A stretch of DNA of 64,000 nucleotides from Octopus sinensis (taxonomy: Eukaryota), in NCBI RefSeq assembly GCF_006345805.1, contig NC_042998.1, positions 1,550,001-1,614,000 on the forward strand, read 5' to 3'. The notes under the pieces are model-generated. The model did no database searches and was not told the DNA's origin. It saw only the letters and a program-made list of their open reading frames with translations. The translations under genes were made by a program, and so were the position numbers. Of this stretch, positions 54,730 through 64,000 are shown one piece after another. Within the stretch, counting starts at the first letter, position 1. Each line of letters begins with the position of its first letter.

Positions 54730-55130
54730 GGCGCAGGAGTGGCTGTGTGGTGAGTAGCTTGCTTACCAACCACATGGTTCCGGGTTCAGTCCTACTGCGT
54801 GGCACCTTGGGCAAGTGTCTTCTACTATAGCCTCGAGCCGACCAAAGCCTTGTGAGTGGATTTGGAAGACGGAAACTGAAAGAAGCCCGTCGTATATATG
54901 TATATATATATATGTGTGTGTGTTTGTGTATCTGTGTTTGTCCCCCTCCCCCAACAACGTTTGATAACCGATGCTGGTGTGTCTATGTCCCCGTAACTTA
55001 GCGGTTCGGCAAAAGAGACTGATAGAATAAGTACTAGGCTAACAAAGAATAAGTCCTGGGGTCGATTTCCTCGACTAAAGGCGGTGCTCCAGCATGGCCG
55101 CAGTCAAATGACTGAAACAAGTAGAAGAGT
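54730..55130 (+). mobile_element. SINE family A, full length
   Basis: Intact head, (TG)n middle and tail. Confidence 0.9.
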
Positions 55131-55362
55131 AGGACTTCTTAAACATCAAATGGCTTTGAGGCTCCACCCTAGTTTAAAAGGAATCAAAGGGGTCCATAGG
55201 CAAAGAAATGGTTGAGAACCACTGTTTTGAATGAAGGCCACTGAAGGGAGAAAGCGAGAGGGGTTAAGTTCATTCAAAAAGAGGCACGCGCTGAACGAGA
55301 TAATTATCAGAAATACAGGTAATAACTCGCACCTGACTATTTTAGATCTACTAAGAAATTAC

Positions 55363-55765
55363 CTGGTGTTTGGTCATTTGTATTTCCTTCAATGGTTCTT
55401 CCAAATGTGTATTTCGGTGGCGCAGGATAACTGCTCGCGATACCTGAATCGATGTGGTAGGCAGCAGGTCCTGGTACATCGAAAGGTTTAAAATCTTTTG
55501 CTTTACCAAATATATAGGCGTGAGCTTGGCCTAGTTTGCCATCACGATATACAGGTAGATGCTGAAAGTTGTATTTTGGTCCTGGTGTAACGGTCTGCTG
55601 AATAAATTCTGTCCTTTTACCTATCTGATAAGCTGGTGCCTTTAAATAAGTGCTGCGCGTGTCATGCTTATCATATCCAACTAATGGTGGTAAAGAGTAA
55701 ATGGGCCCTGGACTCGAGAACATGGCTGATACAGGGCCACGTGGAATTGTCGGCTGGAACGTCAT
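55363..55765 (-). CDS. ODF3: ODF3/SHIPPO1-like (CIMAP1 family) protein, coding exon 1
   Basis: MTFQPTIPRGPVSAMFSSPGPIYSLP..KAPAY..TPGPKY..VPGPAAY..TP; exon acceptor TTTCAG at 55778, donor GTAATT at 55362; symbol is family-level, paralog not resolved. Confidence 0.93.
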
Positions 55766-55814
55766 ATTGTAGCAGACCTGAAATAGAAATCTAAGAAACA
55801 AAATATATATATAT

Positions 55815-56392
55815 ATAGTAGCAGCTAATCCCGGTTTCACTCGGTCGGTTTGGATGATGTGGTTGTAAAACCTGTCCTGTGTAAGAATTCGACTTGTTTG
55901 GGCACGCTTACGTTAAAAGATCATTTTAGAATGGCTTTTTTATTCTGACAAAACGCTAAAAATAACTCACCAACAAAAAAAACAACCAAGATTCAACCAA
56001 ATTAAAAAATAAACCCAAATACTAAGCGAACAAAGAAGAACCATTCCACTTCCATTGCGCGCGCGCACATTCATATACCCCCCCTTTTACACACACATAT
56101 ATTCACACAGAGTTGAAACTCTATTTGATTTATTTTTTCAGCGAACAATTTTCATCATCCCACTACCAAGTATGACATCACCCCTTCCTTTCTCATTCAT
56201 AAACACAAGAGTATTATTATAGTAGAATATCTCGGTAACCATGGGAGCTATGAAAAAATACAAAGCCCAGCTTTACCACCAGATCATTCTACACATCTGT
56301 GTAACTTTTCGCGCAATTCCACCCAGCCGTTTGACCGTGAATCCCAAGACAAGAGAGAATCGCCCATGTCAAATTTATATGTATTGATAGAT
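55815..56392 (+). mobile_element. Probable non-autonomous Helitron/Helentron-like element
   Basis: Starts TAGTAGCAG..CCCGG..CTCGG, ends TTTATATGTATTGATAGAT; same layout as 57035-57425. Confidence 0.4.
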
Positions 56393-57034
56393 ATAAATTT
56401 TTGCAAATCAAATATTGCATTACAATCATTTAAGCGCATATTTATTCTGTCTCTCCTGGAATTTTATTAAAAGATACTCTCAACAATGGTGGGATTATAA
56501 TTTAATACATCAAAGGACGAAACCAATTATCAGAAGGTATTAAGCTTCATATAATATTGATTAGCTAATACAAACTGATTATTCAAAATATAAACTGACC
56601 ATTTCATTAGCATTAGATGTTATACTGAAATATATCTTTGTTAGTTCAATTTCAATTACAGTCAACATAAAAACGATGCAACATACACTACCATTATGTT
56701 AATACAAACAGTTTAATAGAACACTCAAGCAAAAGCGCAGGAAATATTATTCAATTATTTATTGAGCATAAACTATTTAAATCTTGTAGAACAATGATAT
56801 AAGAACCAATAACGAAACTAACGATTAAACACGCTGTCGAAATTTCCGAAATCATGTACTTTCTATATCTACGCAGCAAGATATAAACTGACGATATCCA
56901 ACGATAAAGAAAGGTCTAGTGTATGGCGGTAATCTAACTTTAAGCCTCTTCTAAAATTTAACATTTTGTTGAAGTCAAAAAGTTGAAGTCTGCCATGTTG
57001 AAAATCAAAAAACGTATCTCATTTTTATTTAATA

Positions 57035-57425
57035 CTAGCAGTATCACCCGGCGTTGCTCGGGTTTGTTTCGACCCTTTAGAATTGGTATATTTGAAAAGT
57101 AAAAAAATTGCATTATGTAGCTTGTTATTCTCTTTAAGTGAACGTTTTTCTGGTTGAATACACCGAAAAATGGCGACACAGCAGTCAAAAAATCGTAAAA
57201 AATAGGGATTTTCATAGAAAAAAAGCACCTTTTTGAGGTAAATAATTTTTGGTGTTAACCTGGTCCGATTTGAATTTTATATTCTATGGAAGGAAAAGCA
57301 AGCCTTCTTCTATCATACTCTCAATTTTGGTCAACTTGCGCCGCAGGGTCTCGGAGAAGATAATGTTAGTTGAAGGCTAGCAAACCTGCCATACACAGAC
57401 AACTTCAGCTTTATATATAGAGAGA
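57035..57425 (+). mobile_element. Probable non-autonomous Helitron/Helentron-like element
   Basis: ACTAGCAG..CCCGGCGTTGCTCGGG hairpin near the start, ACAGAC..CTTTATATATAGA end. Confidence 0.5.
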
Positions 57426-57743
57426 GATTTTTATATTTCAGACACGAATAAGAATTGAACTTGATCCAGAATAATTAAATGCTAAAATATTTTAAATCTC
57501 ATTTATTCAAGCAGTGAAGTTCGAAAATCAATTGCCAATAATTGAACTTATTGAATATTTTCAAGGAACTCTTCTAAACACTACTAGTTTTCTCGACCTA
57601 AAAATGTAGGCATAGTAAATCGGTGATCAAGACTAAAAAAATCCTATGGAACCTAGGACCTGAGCTTTTTGACTCTATTCAAAAATAAGTAGCTTTTCTT
57701 TTCAACCTGACACAACAATAACTGGATATGAGACATCATAATA

Positions 57744-57960
57744 AGGCGGCGAGCTGGCAGAAACGTTAGCACGCTGGGCGAAATGTGTAGCCGTATTTCG
57801 TCTGCCGTTACGTTCTGAGTTCAAATCCCGCTGAGGTCGCAACTTTGCCTTTCATCCTTTCGGGGTCGATAAATAAAGAACCAGTTTCGCACTGGGGTCG
57901 ATACAATCTGTCCTTGTTTGTCCCCTCTATGTTTAGCCCCTTGTGGGTAGTAAAGAAATA
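57744..57960 (+). mobile_element. SINE family B with Tx1-like tail and ~16-bp TSD
   Basis: TSD TATGAGACATCATAAT / TATGAGACCCCATAAT. Confidence 0.9.
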
Positions 57961-58210
57961 TATGAGACCCCATAATTTTCCCCTAAAGTAGGGCGAAATT
58001 AAAGTCGGCTGACCTCAACTAGGAATCAAAACATTCTTTCAGATACAGTTTGCTAGGAACTAAACTTTTGCTTGTCATGTTTCATCATTAGTGAAGAGAT
58101 AATTAACTTAAAGCTTCAGAATTTAAATGTCAGCTGTTTGTCTCAAATAATGACTAGCAAATTATATCAACTATACCGATATCAATGTCGGCATTAATAC
58201 ATGTATTTGA

Positions 58211-58445
58211 AAGGCGGCGAGCTGGCAGAAACGTTAGCACGCCGGGTGAAATGTGTAGCCGTATTTCGTCGGCCGCTGCGTTCTGAGTTCAAATTCCGCC
58301 GAAGTCGACTTTGCCTTTCATCCTTTCGGGGTCGATAAATTAAGTACCAGTTACGCACTGGGGTCGATATAATCGACTTAATCCGTTTGTCTGTCCTTGT
58401 TTGTCCTCTCTGTGTTTAGCCCCTTGTGGGTAATAAAGAAGTAGG
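58211..58445 (+). mobile_element. SINE family B with Tx1-like tail and 16-bp TSD, full length
   Basis: TSD TAATACATGTATTTGA / TAATGTATGTATTTGA. Confidence 0.9.
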
Positions 58446-59016
58446 TAATGTATGTATTTGATAAATGCTTTTAACTCTGTTTAAATTTGTTGTTGTTATA
58501 TAGCTCTACGTAATCCCTAATCCAGCAGATTCATAATCAAAAGCATTCCACCCATAACCACCACTTGTATTTTTCAAACAGAGCCTATTTTGAACAAAAC
58601 TATGCAATTTATCCTTCTCGTTTTAGAACAATAGTGTGTGATATGAAGCTGGTTAGACTTCTATTTTAAGTAATTCGAATGACCCCATAGAAGCTTCATA
58701 GCAGGTTTTTATATGAATTTGTTGATACCCAACCCCGAGTCAACCTTGACTGATTAGACCCGTAATAATCAAAAGCTATCCAGTCATGATCAACCCATCT
58801 TAGTATTTTTTTTTTAAATCTTAACTTTTTAAAGCGGCTAGGAGTGTTACAAGAGAAAGTTAGTTACTATTTCTAACATAATGAATCACTAAATATATTT
58901 TTACAACGTTAGACGGCATTTCTTCAGGGGGAAATTTACATGCAATGACTACTGAGTTTGTGGAGTATTAAAGTATTAAAACATAATGTTAATCAATATA
59001 TATATTAACAACTTAC

Positions 59017-59075
59017 CATAAAATCGAAACGGGAACTTCGTAGCGAATTCTTGACAAAGCAAGCAATGAAATAAG
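59017..59075 (-). other. Candidate upstream ODF3 exon ending in ATG
   Basis: Acceptor TTCCTTTTTTTAG and donor ATG|GTAAGT; splicing to 55777 is in frame (MVCYNMTFQ...). Confidence 0.4.
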
Positions 59076-59154
59076 CTAAAAAAAGGAATTTAATAGAAAA
59101 TTGAAATTATTTTTCACTTAATAGTTTCCATTTTCATTTCGTACGCTGTTGAGA

Positions 59155-60320
59155 CAACATGAAGCTATTGGGAATACTTGAAGCAGATGGAATCAAACAC
59201 CACGACATGAAGGAAAAGACAAAATGAGAGAACCTATGGCGAGTGAGAAAAATATTGGCTTCAAAGCTGAATGCCAGAAACATAACTTTGGCAATAAACT
59301 CGCGCGCAGTGGAAGTAGTTCGGTATGGCGCTGGAATCCTGAAGTGGACAGAGTAGGAGCTAAAGGAGATGGACAGGAAGTCAAGGAGGCTCCTGACGAT
59401 GCATGGATCCATCAACCATGTGCAGATGCTGATCGCCTATACAAGAAGAGAGTAAATGGAAGAAGGGGACTGCGTGTGTATCGAACTCGAGAGCTTAATG
59501 GGATACCTAGCCTAAAGTAAGGAAACCTTGCTAGTGACAGTAAGGAGTAAGGGAGTATTAAAAGCAGAGAAAAGGGGGAAAACAAAGGAAAAAGTACAAA
59601 AAAGACATGAAGAAGAATTACGCAAGAGACTACACGATCAATTCTATGTAGCCACAATAGAAGTAGGTGGGATTGGCTGATGAAAGGAACCTTTAAAAAA
59701 TCGACCGAGAGCACATTGCCCACATCATGAACGATGCCCTAGACTTGCCCCAAACCACTACAAGTTGTGGCAACACTACCAGGAAGCGAATGTGCTACAC
59801 TGGAAACGGTGCGAAAAGTGGGGGCTAGAGTGAGGCAAAACGTGGTATAAGCAGTCGGAGACTAGCAAAATTCTCTGGGATTTCCCAGTCCAAACAGATC
59901 AGGTGCTAGAGCATAACAGACCGGACCTAGGGGTGGTCGACAAGGTGCACCACATATGCTATATAGTTGACATTGCATGATCCTTTGACCCACGAATAGC
60001 CAAGAAGGAAGGCGAAAAGATAGATAGGTACAACTCTCTTAAGTAAGAAATAACCCCGCTATGGAAAATCAAGAAGGTGAAGATAGTGCCAGTTATTGTT
60101 GGATCCTTGGGAACAGTATCGGAAGGCATCAAGAGGAAATTGGAACAGAGTGCTCAGTAGAACTGTTACAAAAGGTTTGCTTCCTTGGTACGGCCAAAAT
60201 AATCAGGAAAGTATTTGATAACTGAAAAGACCGAATGGCATGGTACCGTAGGCTGCAGGTAATAAGCCTGCTACGCATGAAGACTCCAGGAGATCCAACA
60301 AAACCTGTGATAAAGAGAAA
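59155..60320 (+). mobile_element. Decayed R4/Dong-like element, family 4, followed by (GAT)n
   Basis: LLGILEAD, ILWDFPVQTD..NRPD, VDIA.PFD; 3' end matches 25474-25842. Confidence 0.85.
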
Positions 60321-60360
<40 letters not shown>

Positions 60361-60513
60361 CGACGACGACGACGACGATGATGACTAATGTTCAACTTCC
60401 GTTTTGCTCCATCCTGTACGACGTTTGGTTTCTGAAAGTATTTATCTTTAAGTCCTTCTACCGAAATAGAAAAGGTTTAGGTTCTTTTTAAGGAAGGCAC
60501 TTAACTCAATGCA

Positions 60514-61353
60514 CGAGGGCCTACCCAAAACAAATCGGAATTTTTCAATAATATTTTATTCACTTAGTTTTAAATGTTTACACTTATTGCCATCAAAGAA
60601 TTCTTCATTTGAAGCAATGCATCGGTCTAGGCGCATTTTTCATTATTCGAAGCAGTGATGGAACTCTTGCGATGTGATGCCTTTTAACGCTACAGTCGTA
60701 TTTTTCTTCATCTCTTTCACATCAGAAAATTCCGTAGCACCAGCTTTCGTCACCACTGATAACCTTCGAAAAAAAAGGTCTGGATCAACTTCCAACTGTT
60801 CTTTTGGTTCACGACACGCATTCAGTCGTGACTGCTTTTGATCTTCCGTGAGCAAGCGAAGCACGAATTTTGCTACAACTCTTTTCATTCGTAATTCCTC
60901 GCCAGAGCTCGTTGGTGAGAGTTCCAAGACACGTCACTCATATCAACATGTTCGTCAATTGTTCGGTGATCATCTTCCGAAATCAGTCCATGAATTTTCA
61001 TGATGTTTTCATTCGTTCGGGAGGTTAACGGTCGTCCTGAACGAGGTTGGTCTTCAAGCGACGAGTGACCATTCCTAAAGCGTGGAAACCACTTGTAATC
61101 TTGTGTTTTGCTTATGACAGTGTCCTTGTAAACTGTTTGAAGCATGACAGCTGCTTCGGCCGCCGTTTTCCCCAGCAGAAAACCGAATTTCACAGAAGCA
61201 CGCTGTTACTTCGTTTCAGCCATCGCAAAACAAAGACGCACAACGTGGCAGTACGATTTCATCCAATGACGCCAGCTTCTAGTGGTGTTAGCCTGAATTG
61301 CAACGGATTTGTCCCACAGAGAACGTTTCCAGTTACTTTTGGGTACCCCGTCG
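60514..61353 (-). mobile_element. Internally deleted mariner-family transposon
   Basis: KFGFLLGKTA..SLEDQPRSGRP, AKFVLRLLTEDQK; degenerate TIRs CGAGGGCCTACCCAAAA / TTTTGGGTACCCCGTCG. Confidence 0.85.
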
Positions 61354-62942
61354 TGTTTCTGTTTGTTACGTTAATAATCAATTAGTAAAGTGTTATGATC
61401 AAAGATTGAGTGACGAAATAGTTGAGTAATTTGCTAGTAATCCAATGTCCAAACTGAACCAACATATTTCACAACGGTAGTTGCGATGCTATCTCTGTTT
61501 TATATCCTAAAGTTGTACAAGCGAGCAGCAGTCAGTCAACAGCTGTGGCGTCGAACTGGCAAAATAACCTACTCGTTGTGTAATCTCCGCAAGATCAGGC
61601 ATTCAAACTAAAACATCGGAGAGTAGCTAATTCATTTTATCTTTGTAATCTAATTGTTTATAACCAAACTGTTAGACGTATTTTGAAATAAAGACATTAG
61701 TTACGGATAACTAGAAAAAATATGTGCAGACATTGATTATAGATATACATTGTGTATGTAGTTTGACATTTCGAATCAGACACGGTAACACTCCTCTTTG
61801 ATGCTACATTCATTTTTAGACATATCTGAAACAGAGTTAGGACGAACAAAGCAATTATCCTATTGATATCTACTTTGTTTATGATGTTCAATATTCTTAA
61901 CAGATTAAGTATCAACAGATTTTACAATATGATATAGTATGCATTGCATACAACTTTTAATCAATAATATACCAAAATGCTGCAGGCAAAACACCAAATG
62001 ATAATAAGTCTGGATCTTACCAAACTTACAAAATTACAATACTGAAGAAATACATTAGATTAACAAACAAAGTTGTGTATGTAAACGTATTTAATCTTGC
62101 ATTAAACTCAGTTCTATTGGATTTAACATGGATCATTGTGACAATCGAAATCGTTGCTTCCATTCCATTACACAAAATGCATGAATGTTGCCTCATCCCT
62201 TGTCTCTTCTTTTAATTTGACGTTGAACTTTATGCTCGTCTTCAGATCAATTATTTTTTCTGAGTTGTGTAAAAGCGGGCGAGCGCTTTTAAGCTCGAGA
62301 CATTGAATTATGGGCAACGAATCCTTACAAACATCTTCAGAGATTTTAGGCAAATAATACACATCTTAAATCAGTTGGAAAGCTCCTCAGCAGTTCCTCT
62401 TTTACTAAATTTTAGAGACAATTTTGAACTTTAAATCAACTGTTTCCGCTATAAATTTTTCAACCATAAGGATATCCAACAAGGATATTACAATCTTGTA
62501 CCGCTTACAGACACAATAAGACAGAAGTCATTTATTTTAAGGTGGAAAGTCACGCTCCTTTGATTCTTATAAATAATTCTCAACTTAAAGAATCCATTTC
62601 ACTGCACAGACATCGATTAATACTTTCTAGAGATTTTTTCTAAAAATACATCAAAACCATATTTACTGCGACGAGTTAACTTGTCTAACTTATAGATAAT
62701 TTTCAACTTTCATTAAGCTACCTGGATGCACGTTTAATGACTCATTCAAACGCTGAACTTATAGAAAACATTAAAGAAAATGTTTCTTGTTTCTTCAACT
62801 CAAACCCTTTCTCAAGCTGACCTTTTACTGTTTGGCGTCCATGTTCCCAACCGTATCAATTTCATACATAATCACACAACTAATGATAGTTAGAGAAGGT
62901 GAGCCGACATTAGTATATTACTATTAATATGGCAGTAATATT

Positions 62943-63113
62943 AGTTTCAAATTTTGGCACAAGGCCAGTAATTTTGGGGAATCGGGTAAGTCGATTACAT
63001 TGACTCCAGTGTTCAACTGGTACTTATTTTATTGACCCCGAAAGGATGAAGGGCAACATCGACCTCGGCGGAATTTGAACTCAGAACTTAAAGACGGACG
63101 AAATACCGCTAAA
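62943..63113 (-). mobile_element. SINE family B (type-ii tail)
   Basis: Conserved core and GGCCTTGTGCCAAAATTTGAAAC tail. Confidence 0.8.
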
Positions 63114-63118
63114 CATCC

Positions 63119-63149
<31 letters not shown>

Positions 63150-63264
63150 CAACAGTTGTGGAATCATCTCGTTCCCTCCCCTCTCTAACTGTAATATCAT
63201 TCAGAGTCAAAGGATATCGAAAATGAATAAAATAACATTATATATATATATGTGTGTGTGTGTG

Positions 63265-63322
<58 letters not shown>

Positions 63323-63687
63323 ATCTTAACTATGTATTACAAACACTTGCTTTACCTCTCACAAAGAAAGCAGTTGACCATTTGGTGACCAGACAAGTGA
63401 ATATTTCTTTAACGATTTGGTAACTATTCACGACAACTAGATGTACTTTATGTATCTTCCTTTAATGGACAATTAAAATTTCCATCCCCTAAACACAACA
63501 AACCATCTACGACAGATTTGAACTCACAATATATCATTAGGTAATCGAATGTCATAATAGTCATTAGCATGAGGTCTAATGACTTTTTAAATTTAACCTA
63601 ATGCATATTTGGTTGAGATGGTAGCGCGGTAAGGGTTAAATTCTTGGCGAATCGAGTCAGCCATTTGGTTCAGTTTTTCAGTGTCCT

Positions 63688-64000
63688 CGCTCTCCGTTGG
63701 TTACCATGACGAGTGTTCCAGTTGATTCCGTCAACTGAACAGTCTGCACGTGAGACTAACGTGCGAGTGGCTGAGCACTCCAGAGAAACATTTACTCTCA
63801 GCGCAGTTCTCGGGGAAATTCGGCGTAACACAAAATGTCACAAGGCTGACATTTTGAATTACAGATGCAACTAATTTTTGCTTACTGAGTGGTCTGGAGT
63901 AACAAGAAATAAAGTATCTTGCTCAAAGACACAACGCACCACCTGTAATCGAAATCACGACCTTACGATCGGGATATGAATACCCTAGCCACTAAGCCAC
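63688..64000 (-). mobile_element. SINE family E, older copy
   Basis: Matches 32070-32392. Confidence 0.8.

Noticed and set aside
55778-55840. N-terminal extension MKPGLAATIYIYILFLRFLFQ of the 167-aa ORF
   Set aside because: Intronic polypyrimidine/TA tract and repeat upstream of the acceptor at 55778
61697-62850. Short minus-strand ORFs in unique-looking sequence
   Set aside because: No recognisable domain or consistent splice pattern; may be a decayed transposase but I cannot support it
63695-63715. GTTACCATGAC as an RFX X-box promoter for ODF3
   Set aside because: Falls within a SINE family E tail and lacks the second half-site

Overview
AT-rich, repeat-dominated eukaryotic (metazoan) DNA. 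The SINE and microsatellite content suggests an octopus, but this is inference. One host gene can be built from the sequence: a minus-strand ODF3/SHIPPO1 (CIMAP1)-like ciliary/sperm-tail gene. It has 4 coding exons (55765-55363, 54340-54222, 38714-38574, 36454-36359) giving 252 aa, with phase-consistent GT-AG introns. Nearly everything else is transposon-derived: at least five tRNA-type SINE families, a DD37E Tc1-like element, mariner and hAT MITEs, and CR1, RTE and HERO-like LINE pieces. There is also an ~11 kb same-orientation train of R4/Dong-like retrotransposons in (AAT)n, and two Tx1-clade LINEs embedded in (TATC)n. Best leads: (1) a fold-back element in the last ODF3 intron carrying minimal hammerhead ribozyme motifs, one with an intact core on the pre-mRNA strand; (2) a tRNA-SINE subfamily whose 3' tail matches the Tx1 LINE 3' end, with both inserting at TAT-starting microsatellite-like sites; (3) retrotransposon pile-ups in microsatellites that appear to have started as SINE tails. 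Most ORFs in the supplied track are microsatellite artefacts. All comparisons were made by eye, the SINE family letters are my own labels, and boundaries of decayed elements are approximate.
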